This document shows, piece by piece, positions 56,232-64,000 of a DNA stretch of 64,000 bases. The notes under the pieces were generated by a model. The model made no database searches and was not told the origin of the DNA. It saw nothing but the letters and a program-made list of their open reading frames with translations. This DNA is from Candidatus Omnitrophota bacterium (lineage in GTDB: Bacteria > Omnitrophota > Omnitrophia > Omnitrophales > Aquincolibacteriaceae): contig JAKLIQ010000010.1 of assembly GCA_022709525.1 (NCBI GenBank), positions 3,390 through 67,389 of the forward strand. The letters run 5' to 3'. The position numbers and the translations under genes are program-made. The stretch's first letter is position 1; every line of letters starts with the position of its first letter.

Positions 56232-57704
56232 TCAGGTCTTTTCAACCTTGACTGTCCGCCGTTTCACCGTCTCGTAAAGCCGTTCGTATTTTTTTGCCGA
56301 GGCGTTCCATGAAAAATCGCTTTCCATGGCGTTTTTAACGAGCGCTTTCCAAAGCTTCTCCTGTTTGAAGGTCTTGACCGCCCGGAGCATGGCCGCATGA
56401 AGCGCGTCGCTTGTGTATTCCTCGAAAATAAAACCGTTCCCCCGCTGCGAAGCCGGTTCGAAATCCTCGATCGTATCGGCCAGACCGCCGGTCGCGCGCA
56501 CGATCGGCACGGCGCCGTAACGGAGGCCGATGATCTGTCCAAGCCCGCAGGGCTCGTAATAGGACGGGATCAGGATCATGTCAGAACCGGCATAAATTTT
56601 CTTAGCCATTTTCGGGTCAAAAAGGATATGAACGCCGAGCCATTTTTTGCTTTTCTTCGCGATATCACGGAGGATCTGATGGTATTGATCCTCGCCGGTC
56701 CCGAGAAGCACGAGCTGGACGTCCTGCTGCTGCGAAAGCAGCTCGAGTACGGGAACAAGGATGTCCAGGCCCTTCTGGTCGACAAGCCGGGCCACAAAAC
56801 CGATGAGCGGGATCGTCGGGTCGATCTTAAAACCGTTCTCTTTCTGAAGCGCGGCCTTGTTGAGTTTTTTCCCCGCCGGGTCCTGCGCGCTGTAGTTGGC
56901 ATCGATGTCGCGATCGGTCGCGGGGTCCCAATCCCTCGGATCGATCCCGTTGATGATCCCCGTCACAGTGTCTTTGCGAGCCGCCAGAACACCTTCCATC
57001 CCGCATCCGAATTCCTTGGTCTGGATCTCGCGGCTGTAGCGTTCACTGACAGTGCTGACCGCGTCGGCAAAGACAAGCCCGCCTTTCATAAAGCTGAATT
57101 TGCCGTAAAATTCCAGGAAGTCGGACTTGTAGAATTCCCAACCAAGACCCGTGGCCGGGAAAGAATCCGGCGGGAAATTCCCCTGATAGGCGAGATTGTG
57201 GATCGTGAAAACGCTCCGTGCTTTCTGGAACGGCGCGTAACCGGTTTCCGTTGTCTTCAAGTACACGGGCACAAGGCCGGTTTGCCAGTCGTGGCAATGA
57301 ACGATATCCGGCGCTAATTTCAATTTCTCGGCGGCCTTAAGCGCGGCCCGCTGGAAATAGATGAAACGGCGGTCGTTATCCTGATAGTCTCCGATCAAAG
57401 TTCCATAAAGCTCTTCGCGCATGAAGTAATCGGGGTGCTCGATGAAATAGACTTTGACCCCGTTGGCGAGTTTTTTGGAAAAGACGCGCGTGGCCTCGAG
57501 CTGGTTGCCGACGATCAATTCAAAATAATCGACGGCGGTCTCGAGCTCCCACTGTTGGATGTCGATCGAACGGTAACGCGGCATAAAGACCGACACGTCG
57601 TGGCCTAACGCGCGGACCGCGCTACTAAGGGAACCGACAACATCCCCAAGGCCCCCTGTTTTGGCAAAAGGGGCCATTTCGGAACTGATAAAAAGGATCT
57701 TCAA
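56232..57704 (-). CDS. glgA: Glycogen synthase (ADP-glucose type)
   Basis: 490 aa. The N-terminus MKILFISSEMAPFAKTGGLGDVVGSL carries the KTGGL motif. Confidence 0.9.
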   Translation of the reverse strand: MKILFISSEMAPFAKTGGLGDVVGSLSSAVRALGHDVSVFMPRYRSIDIQQWELETAVDYFELIVGNQLEATRVFSKKLANGVKVYFIEHPDYFMREELYGTLIGDYQDNDRRFIYFQRAALKAAEKLKLAPDIVHCHDWQTGLVPVYLKTTETGYAPFQKARSVFTIHNLAYQGNFPPDSFPATGLGWEFYKSDFLEFYGKFSFMKGGLVFADAVSTVSERYSREIQTKEFGCGMEGVLAARKDTVTGIINGIDPRDWDPATDRDIDANYSAQDPAGKKLNKAALQKENGFKIDPTIPLIGFVARLVDQKGLDILVPVLELLSQQQDVQLVLLGTGEDQYHQILRDIAKKSKKWLGVHILFDPKMAKKIYAGSDMILIPSYYEPCGLGQIIGLRYGAVPIVRATGGLADTIEDFEPASQRGNGFIFEEYTSDALHAAMLRAVKTFKQEKLWKALVKNAMESDFSWNASAKKYERLYETVKRRTVKVEKT

Positions 57705-57726
57705 GGGGAACTAAAAGCGCGCTGTT

Positions 57727-58029
57727 TTATTTACCGACTTCCACAACGCAATTCCAGCTGCCGAAAGCGTTTGGAACGCATTCGACTGGCTCCTGCGCGT
57801 TCTGCCAGGCACCGTCCACGAGGTAACGGTATTGATAGCGGCCCGGCTTGAGTTTCAAGGATGTCTTCCAGTTCCCGGAAGCGTCTTTTTTGAGAGGGTT
57901 TTTGCTTGCTTTCCAGTTATTAAAGCAACCGCCGAGTTCAACTTTTTTCGCTTGGGGGGCATAGAACTTGAATTCAATAGCTTTATCGCAGGTGCTAGTG
58001 CTAGCGCAACATTTTGTCATTTTCGCCAT
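57727..58029 (-). CDS. Standalone CBM48/AMPK-beta-like glycogen-binding-domain protein
   Basis: 100 aa. The segment FKFYAPQAKKVELGGCFNNWK...YRYLVDGAWQ matches the CBM48 / isoamylase-N-terminal beta-sandwich pattern (W..K and the conserved YKF.VDG.W). It lies next to glgA. Confidence 0.55.
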   Translation of the reverse strand: MAKMTKCCASTSTCDKAIEFKFYAPQAKKVELGGCFNNWKASKNPLKKDASGNWKTSLKLKPGRYQYRYLVDGAWQNAQEPVECVPNAFGSWNCVVEVGK

Positions 58030-58143
58030 GACCGACTCCTTCTTCGTTGTTGGATGGATAAAAACAAGGATTGCAGCGGGGGTAAGTATATATCAGAAAA
58101 AACCGCTTGCCAAGAAACATCTCCTCCATATAATGAGCGCCTT

Positions 58144-58407
58144 ATGAAAACCTGCGTTATCTGCAACAAGAAACCCCTGAACGGAAATTCGATCGCCACC
58201 CGCGGTCTCGCGAAAAAGACGGGCGGCATCGGTAAGAAGATCACGGGCATTACCCGCCGCCGCTTCTTCCCGAACCTCCAGAAGGTCAAGGTGCTTTTCC
58301 CCAACGGCACGGTGCGCCGCGTGAATGTCTGCGTGAGCTGCCTGAAAGCCGGCAAGGTGAAAAAGGCCCCGGCCCGCCGTTCGTATACCCCCGCTGCCGC
58401 GGCCTGA
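58144..58407 (+). CDS. rpmB: 50S ribosomal protein L28
   Basis: 87 aa. The start is set at MKTCVICNKKPLNGN...RRFFPNLQ, the L28 pattern (C..C...P..GN...R.F.PNL). The ORF track's 191-aa version has a spurious N-terminal extension. Confidence 0.8.
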   Translation: MKTCVICNKKPLNGNSIATRGLAKKTGGIGKKITGITRRRFFPNLQKVKVLFPNGTVRRVNVCVSCLKAGKVKKAPARRSYTPAAAA

Positions 58408-58420
58408 CAACAAGCCGCTT

Positions 58421-60088
58421 TTAAGCCGTAACGGTCTTCACGGATACGGGATCACTTTCTTTTAGTTCTTTGACGGAAAGGACCATGGTCTGTATGCCGT
58501 TCCACTGGCGGGTCTTTATGGAATAGGCCGCGTCAAAACAGGTTGACGCGTCGCAGGAGGCGGAAAAGGACGCTTGTTTTTCATCGAGCTGGGCGTGAAA
58601 GTTCAGCAAGCCGTCGGTCAGGACCGTTTCGTAAATATCCCCATAAAGACGCCTGGGTTTCGATCTCAGGCGGAGCTTTTCGCTGAAAAAAACAGGTCGC
58701 GGATTCCCCGCTCCATGCGGCTCAAGAAACTCTAATTCCTCTAAAAAACGATCCGTAAGTTCCTCGGGGCGCAGCGCCATATCGACCGCTACCCGCCGCT
58801 TCAGCATTTCCGGCGAAAGGTTCTCGAAGGCGAAACCGTTGAGTTTTTCCCGCAATAACGGGATATTTTTCGCCTGAACCGTCAACCCCGCGGCTTGTTC
58901 GTGGCCGCCAAATTCGTCCAGGATCGCCTCGCAGGAGCGAAGCGCGTTAAAGAGATGAAATCCCTTGACCGAACGGCCGGAGCCGCGGCCTGATCCGTTT
59001 TCTGTCGAGATCACCACCGCCGGGCGGCTGTATTTTTCCACAAGCCGCGACGCGACGATGCCGATCACGCCCTTATGCCACCCTTTGCCTTCGACCACCA
59101 GAATGCGCTCACGGTTGAAATTGACCGTCTGCTCGACCTTGCGGATCGCCTCCTGGGTGGTTTCCCGTTCATAGCGTTGCCGCGCCTTGTTTTCCTCATC
59201 CAGGATCCTGGCGAGGCTTTCCGCTTCGCGCGGCGAGCGGGTCAGAAGCAACCGAAGCGCCGTATCGGCCGAACTCATGCGTCCCGCCGCATTCAGTCTC
59301 GGGCCAAGAATAAAACCTAAATGACCCGTGTTGGGTCTGGTAGTTTTCATTTTGGCGACTTCGGCAAGCGCGCGAAGTCCAAGGTTCTTTTTTTCCGCAA
59401 GGACCTCAAGCCCTTTTTTGACGAGTACGCGGTTCTCCCCCGTGAGCGGCGCGACATCACTGACGGTGGAAAGCGCCACAAGGTCCAGATGGTTGAACGC
59501 CGGGGCGCCGGTCAGCGCGTGGCTCAATTTAAAAACCAATCCTGCCGCGGAGAGCTCCTTAAAAGGGTACGAACAATCTGCCTGAAGAGGATTCAAAATA
59601 AAATGGGTGTCGGGCAGGCCGTCTGAAGGAAGGCGGTGGTGATCGATCACGATCACGTCGATCCCTTGAGAACGGGCGACCTCGATCTCACGTTTTGCTG
59701 TGATCCCGCAATCGACCGTGATGATAAGGCCGACGCCTTGCTCACAGGCCTTGCGGATCGCGGCCTCGCTGACGCCATAACCATCCTGTTCGCGGTCCGG
59801 AAGAAAGGTCGTGTAGGAGCCCCCGAGCTCATCCAGCGTGCGCGCTAGGACAGCGACGCCTGTGATGCCATCGACATCATAATCGCCGTGAATCAGGATC
59901 TTTTCTTTGGCGCGGACGGCCTTTTCGATACGGGCTTTCACTTCTCTCATGTTTTTCATGAGGAAAGGATCAAGAAGAGAAGAAAGGCTGGGAAAAAGAA
60001 AGGCCTCGATCTCCGAGGCCTTTCTTAAATTTCGTTTTTCAAGAAGCCGGCGAAATGTCGCAGAAAATTTTGCGGATTGTTGCGTCAC
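58421..60088 (-). CDS. recJ: Single-stranded-DNA-specific exonuclease RecJ
   Basis: 555 aa. DHH motifs (HGDYDVDGITG, DHH) and a DHHA1 domain are present. Confidence 0.9.
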   Translation of the reverse strand: MTQQSAKFSATFRRLLEKRNLRKASEIEAFLFPSLSSLLDPFLMKNMREVKARIEKAVRAKEKILIHGDYDVDGITGVAVLARTLDELGGSYTTFLPDREQDGYGVSEAAIRKACEQGVGLIITVDCGITAKREIEVARSQGIDVIVIDHHRLPSDGLPDTHFILNPLQADCSYPFKELSAAGLVFKLSHALTGAPAFNHLDLVALSTVSDVAPLTGENRVLVKKGLEVLAEKKNLGLRALAEVAKMKTTRPNTGHLGFILGPRLNAAGRMSSADTALRLLLTRSPREAESLARILDEENKARQRYERETTQEAIRKVEQTVNFNRERILVVEGKGWHKGVIGIVASRLVEKYSRPAVVISTENGSGRGSGRSVKGFHLFNALRSCEAILDEFGGHEQAAGLTVQAKNIPLLREKLNGFAFENLSPEMLKRRVAVDMALRPEELTDRFLEELEFLEPHGAGNPRPVFFSEKLRLRSKPRRLYGDIYETVLTDGLLNFHAQLDEKQASFSASCDASTCFDAAYSIKTRQWNGIQTMVLSVKELKESDPVSVKTVTA

Positions 60089-60091
60089 CTT

Positions 60092-62263
60092 TTAATGGGC
60101 TTTCCAGTCCACCACCAAAGCTGAGGCCACAAAAACGGTGGAATACGTTCCGATCAAAAAGCCGATGGTCAAGATAAACGCGAAATCCGAGATCGCGGCG
60201 CCGCCGAAGAAAAGCAGGGCTAAGGCCCCGAAAAGCACCGTCATGGTCGTCAGGATCGTCCGGCTTAAGCATTGATTAACGCTTAAATTCACGATATCCA
60301 CAAAGGGCGTCTTCCGCATAAGCTTGAGATTGTCCCGGACCCGGTCAAAAATGACGATCGTGTCATTCACCGAAAAACCGATGATCGTCATGATCGCCGC
60401 CACCGTCGCAAGATTGACCTCCCGGCCGCTTAGAACATACACCCCGAAAGAAAAAAGGGTGTCATGCACCAGCGCGATCACGGCCGCTGTGGCAAACTTC
60501 CATTCAAACCTCCACCCGACATAGATCAGGATCCCGAGCCACGACCAAACAATCGCCCAGAACGCTTTGTCACGGAGACTGCCGCTCACGGAAGGCCCGA
60601 TCTGATCTACTTTTTCGATCGTAAAGGTATCTTTTCCGGTCGTGGCTTCGGCTGCCGCGCTTACCTTAGAAGGGTTCCCTTCCGTCATTTTGACAATATA
60701 TTGATGGCTCCTGGCCTCGCCATATCGTTGGAGCGTCACGGCTTTAAGCCCCTGCTTTTCAAGCTGGTCCCTGAATTTTGCTTGATTGATATTATCCTTA
60801 AAAGTGATCTGAACCAAAGTTCCACCCGTGAACTCGACGCCGTAATTTTCACTGCCTCGCAAAACGAATGCGGAGATCCCAAGCACGATGCAGATCACGG
60901 AAAATCCGTAAGCCCAAAAACGCCCTTTCAAGAACGGGATGTTCGGGCTTTTAAAAATCTCGAGCATCTTAAAGACCTTGTTCGGGTTCTTTTTGACGAC
61001 ATGGTCGAACACAACGCGCGTCACAAAGATCGCCGAGAATAAGCTCGCCACAAGACCGATTGAAAGCGTCACGGCAAATCCTTGGATCGGTCCGGTCCCG
61101 AAAATGAAAAGCAGAGCTGCGGTGATCAAAGTCGTAATGTTTGAATCGATGATCGCAGAAAGAGCGCGGTGAAAACCGGCTGATACGACAGCGCGCGCGG
61201 TCTTTCCTGTCGCCATTTCTTCGCGCATTCTTTCAAAGATCAGCACATTCGCGTCGACCGCCATGCCGATGGATAAGATGAAACCCGCAATGCCGGGAAG
61301 GGTCAGCGTCGATCCCATGGTCGCCATGCTGCCGACCACAAGGATCACGTAGACAAGCAGCCCGAGATTAGCGATCCAGCCGCAAAGGAGATAATAGACC
61401 GGCATGAAGACGATCACAAAAAGTAATCCGAAAATACTGGCGCGGATACCGCTGTCGATAGAATCTTTTCCAAGACTCGGACCGACAGTCCGTTCTTCCA
61501 CGACTGTCACAGGGGCGGGCAACGCGCCGGCGCGGAGCACAAGCGCGAGATCGCTTGCTTCCGCGGCCTTGAAGTTCCCGGAGATCTGGGCCTTGCCGTT
61601 CGGGATCCTGTCGCGGATCACGGGAGCGGAATAGACTTGTCCGTCTAAGACGATCGCAAGACGCTTGCCGATATTCTGGAACGTCACCTTGTCAAAGATC
61701 TTGCCGCCTTCTTTATCAAGTGTCAGTTGAACGATCGCCTGGCCGTATTGGTCAAAACCAACGGAGGCCGTCGTTAAATGTTCTCCGGTCAGAACCGGCA
61801 GAAGCGCGAGAAGCACCATTTCCTCATTTGGGCTTCCTTTGACCTTTTTGTATTCAAATCCCGGAGGGATCGTCCCCTCTTCCGCCTTCTGGATCAGCTC
61901 CGTATCCTCAGAGACGATCTTGAATTCCAAATGGGCGGCTTTACCTGCGATCTCTTTGGCGCGTTCACGGTCAGTCACGCCAGGAAGCTTCACGACGACC
62001 TGGTCCTTGCCTTGCGTGGTGATCTCGGGTTCTTTCACGCCGAATTCGTCAATACGGTTACGGATGATCTCGGCTACGCGCGCCGTCACATCTTTGCGCG
62101 CTTCTTCCGGCACTTTGTCCATTTCGACTTGCAAAAGAAGCTGGACGCCGCCCTGAAGATCAAGCCCAAGGTTGATCTTTTCGCTTGGAGGATAGGCCTT
62201 CCAGAGAGAAAAAGCGACCAAACCGATGATCAGCAATACTTTCCATTTATAATTTTTGTCCAT
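60092..62263 (-). CDS. secDF: Protein translocase subunit SecDF (fused)
   Basis: 723 aa. It has 12 TM helices in two RND-like halves and a large periplasmic loop after TM1. Confidence 0.9.
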   Translation of the reverse strand: MDKNYKWKVLLIIGLVAFSLWKAYPPSEKINLGLDLQGGVQLLLQVEMDKVPEEARKDVTARVAEIIRNRIDEFGVKEPEITTQGKDQVVVKLPGVTDRERAKEIAGKAAHLEFKIVSEDTELIQKAEEGTIPPGFEYKKVKGSPNEEMVLLALLPVLTGEHLTTASVGFDQYGQAIVQLTLDKEGGKIFDKVTFQNIGKRLAIVLDGQVYSAPVIRDRIPNGKAQISGNFKAAEASDLALVLRAGALPAPVTVVEERTVGPSLGKDSIDSGIRASIFGLLFVIVFMPVYYLLCGWIANLGLLVYVILVVGSMATMGSTLTLPGIAGFILSIGMAVDANVLIFERMREEMATGKTARAVVSAGFHRALSAIIDSNITTLITAALLFIFGTGPIQGFAVTLSIGLVASLFSAIFVTRVVFDHVVKKNPNKVFKMLEIFKSPNIPFLKGRFWAYGFSVICIVLGISAFVLRGSENYGVEFTGGTLVQITFKDNINQAKFRDQLEKQGLKAVTLQRYGEARSHQYIVKMTEGNPSKVSAAAEATTGKDTFTIEKVDQIGPSVSGSLRDKAFWAIVWSWLGILIYVGWRFEWKFATAAVIALVHDTLFSFGVYVLSGREVNLATVAAIMTIIGFSVNDTIVIFDRVRDNLKLMRKTPFVDIVNLSVNQCLSRTILTTMTVLFGALALLFFGGAAISDFAFILTIGFLIGTYSTVFVASALVVDWKAH

Positions 62264-62399
62264 GTTTACCCCGTCAGAAATAGGAAGCGTTCTTAGCGCT
62301 TCCGTAAGTTGGTTAACAAACCACGCTTCTACTGTTTACGTCAAAATTTTTAAAATCAATATCAAAACTTTTCCCCGCGATTTCTAACGGGGCAAGCTC

Positions 62400-62711
62400 C
62401 TATTGGTACATCCCCGCAATCGCACCCTTGAGGACTTCGATCTTGGAATCGGAATCTCCGACGCTTAATACGATGTATTTTTCCTGAATGCTCGAGATTG
62501 TCCCGATGATACCTCCGGTCGTGACGACTTTATCCCCTTTTTTCAGGTTGCTGATCATGACCTGAAGCTCCTTCTGCTTCTTCTGCTGGGGACGAATGAG
62601 CAGAAAATAGAAGATCACGAACATGAGGATGATGGGCATGAACTGGACTAAAGGATTGACCTGGGGGGCTGCTTCGGCGACTTCGGCTGCGTATGCGATC
62701 GACTCAAACAT
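62400..62711 (-). CDS. yajC: Preprotein translocase subunit YajC
   Basis: 103 aa. It has a single TM helix and the conserved motif GDKVVTTGGIIGTI. Confidence 0.85.
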   Translation of the reverse strand: MFESIAYAAEVAEAAPQVNPLVQFMPIILMFVIFYFLLIRPQQKKQKELQVMISNLKKGDKVVTTGGIIGTISSIQEKYIVLSVGDSDSKIEVLKGAIAGMYQ

Positions 62712-62725
62712 GGAATAACCTCGCT

Positions 62726-63847
62726 TTATCTTGTGTGCGGATCAAAACGGTTAAAAAATCGTTTTTTAAGTTCGAGGAACCGGCCCTTCCGGATGGCGCC
62801 TCTCATAGAACGCACTAAGTTTACAAAAAAATGGACGTTATGCAAAGTAATCAATTCAGCGCCCAGGATCTCGTGGCTGTTCATCAAATGCCGGAGATAA
62901 GCCCTCGAAAAGTTCCGGCAGGTGTAACAACCGCAATCTTCCTGCACCGGTTTGGAGTCCAGCTGGTATCTTGAGTTCCTGATGACGACGAGTCCGTCGC
63001 TTGTAAAGGCCGTTCCGTTCCTTCCGTAGCGCGTTGGGTTCACGCAATCGAACATATCGGCCCCGCGTTCCACAGCTTCGAAGAAATCGAGCGGTGTCCC
63101 GACCCCCATCAGATAGCGCGGCTTGTCTTCCGGCATTCTCGGTAAAATATCCGTGAGAGCATCCAGCATTTCGGGCTTGGGTTCGCCGACGCTTAGCCCT
63201 CCGAGCGCGTATCCATCGAAGCCGATCTCAAGCGTCCGCTCAAGGGATTCTCTTCGAAGATCCTTGAACGTCCCGCCTTGAATAATTCCAAAAAGCGCTT
63301 GCGATCTCAGCTTGTGACATTTCTTGGCACGCTTCGACCACCGGAGGGTTATATGAACGGCCTTTTCGATCGAGTGTTTATCCTTTGACGCCGCGGGACA
63401 TTCGTCAAAGATCATGGCGATATCGCTTCCGAGAACTTCCTGGATCTCGATCACCTTCTCCGGCGTCAGGAATATTTCCCGCCCGTCAAAATAAGAATTA
63501 AATTTCACCCCTTCTTCGGTGATGCTGCGGAGTTTGCTTAAGGAAAACACCTGATACCCGCCGCTATCGGTCAAGATCGGCCGGTCCCAGGCCATAAAAT
63601 GATGGAGCCCTTTGAGTTTTTTGATGACCTCGAGACCCGGCCGGATATACAGATGATAGGCATTTGAGAGAATGATCTCGGCGCCGGATTCTTTGAGATC
63701 GCGCGGCATCACGGCCTTGACCGTCCCTTGGGTCCCCACCGGCATAAAAACCGGTGTTTCAAATGTCCCGTGCGCCGTCGTTACCTTCCCGGCCCGCGCC
63801 TCGCATTTTTTGTCTTTGGTAATGAATTTAAACCCGAATTTTTTCAT
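62726..63847 (-). CDS. tgt: Queuine tRNA-ribosyltransferase
   Basis: 373 aa. The N-terminus ...RAGKVTTAHGTFETPVFMPVGTQG matches Tgt. The catalytic Asp motif GGLSVGE and the zinc site CxCxxC...H (CGCYTC) are present. Confidence 0.95.
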   Translation of the reverse strand: MKKFGFKFITKDKKCEARAGKVTTAHGTFETPVFMPVGTQGTVKAVMPRDLKESGAEIILSNAYHLYIRPGLEVIKKLKGLHHFMAWDRPILTDSGGYQVFSLSKLRSITEEGVKFNSYFDGREIFLTPEKVIEIQEVLGSDIAMIFDECPAASKDKHSIEKAVHITLRWSKRAKKCHKLRSQALFGIIQGGTFKDLRRESLERTLEIGFDGYALGGLSVGEPKPEMLDALTDILPRMPEDKPRYLMGVGTPLDFFEAVERGADMFDCVNPTRYGRNGTAFTSDGLVVIRNSRYQLDSKPVQEDCGCYTCRNFSRAYLRHLMNSHEILGAELITLHNVHFFVNLVRSMRGAIRKGRFLELKKRFFNRFDPHTR

Positions 63848-63858
63848 GATGATTCCGT

Positions 63859-64000
63859 TTAAACAATGAACATCGCATCTCCATAAGATGCAAAGCGATA
63901 ATTCTCTTTGAGGGCGGCATTATACGCCGCCATGAGTTTTTCGTGGCCTAAAAATGCGGAGACCATGGCAAGAAGCGTGCTTTTGGGCATATGAAAGTTG
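63859..64000 (-). CDS. queA: S-adenosylmethionine:tRNA ribosyltransferase-isomerase QueA, C-terminal fragment (start lies outside the window)
   Basis: My translation of the reverse complement gives ...[46 protein letters not shown]. This is the conserved QueA C-terminus (HMPRSTL...YRFFSYGDAM). It lies immediately upstream of tgt. Confidence 0.8.
   Translation of the reverse strand, partial: NFHMPKSTLLAMVSAFLGHEKLMAAYNAALKENYRFASYGDAMFIV

Noticed and set aside
1-64000. Search for mobile elements, CRISPR arrays, rRNA genes and tRNA genes
   Set aside because: I found no transposase, integrase or recombinase motifs. I found no regularly spaced direct repeats. I found no cloverleaf structures or rRNA-like conserved stretches. 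The window appears to be core chromosome.

Overview
This 64 kb window looks like chromosomal DNA from a high-GC bacterium, probably an anaerobe (rubrerythrin, GH57 glucan enzyme, EtfAB/ETF-QO). About 55 of the 57 genes I call are on the minus strand. Gene order, 5' to 3' on the minus strand read from the right end of the window: queA' (partial), tgt, yajC, secDF, recJ, then rpmB on the plus strand. Next come a standalone CBM48 glycogen-binding protein, glgA, a leuB-like dehydrogenase, asd and truA. Then rplM-rpsI, an AsmA-family protein, and rnc on the plus strand. The largest block is a co-directional 13-gene amino-acid/polyamine block, broken only by a weak hairpin after lysA: argC-J-B-D-F-G-H, lysA, homospermidine synthase, an ODC-like decarboxylase, dapF, dapA, dapB. 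After it come a three-gene surface module (619-aa outer-membrane protein, 1571-aa giant outer-membrane protein, small lipoprotein), uvrA, an acidic secreted protein, a truncated FtsH-like protease tightly coupled to a 461-aa lipoprotein, rubrerythrin and class II fba. These are followed by a Met-rich small secreted protein, a 410-aa secreted protein, an NAD-dependent epimerase, a flavodoxin-like NAD(P)H:quinone reductase, an HprK-like P-loop kinase with a large unknown N-terminal domain, and a GH57 enzyme. The left end holds an acyl-CoA dehydrogenase/ETF-QO/acetolactate decarboxylase operon, etfBA, a porin-like protein, pstS and a partial pstC. I found no rRNA, tRNA, CRISPR array, transposase or integrase. 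The most interesting signals are cis-elements, all read from sequence with no database confirmation. (i) A bipartite palindrome (AAAGGGAC-N-GTCCCTTT, two copies 26 bp centre-to-centre) sits upstream of the arg operon and again at the ftsH-like/lipoprotein junction. (ii) A 37-39 bp inverted repeat (GTACTGTT...AACAGTAC), paired with a second inverted repeat (TACCGCAT...ATGCGGTA), sits upstream of both etfBA and the acyl-CoA dehydrogenase operon; a degenerate third copy lies upstream of the leuB-like gene. (iii) A GGGACT(A/C)GGGACT repeat family is inserted in-frame in truA, encodes the extreme C-terminus of uvrA, and forms intergenic hairpins. The protein-level candidates for novelty are the HprK-like kinase with a novel N-terminal domain and the outer-membrane-protein/giant-protein/lipoprotein module.
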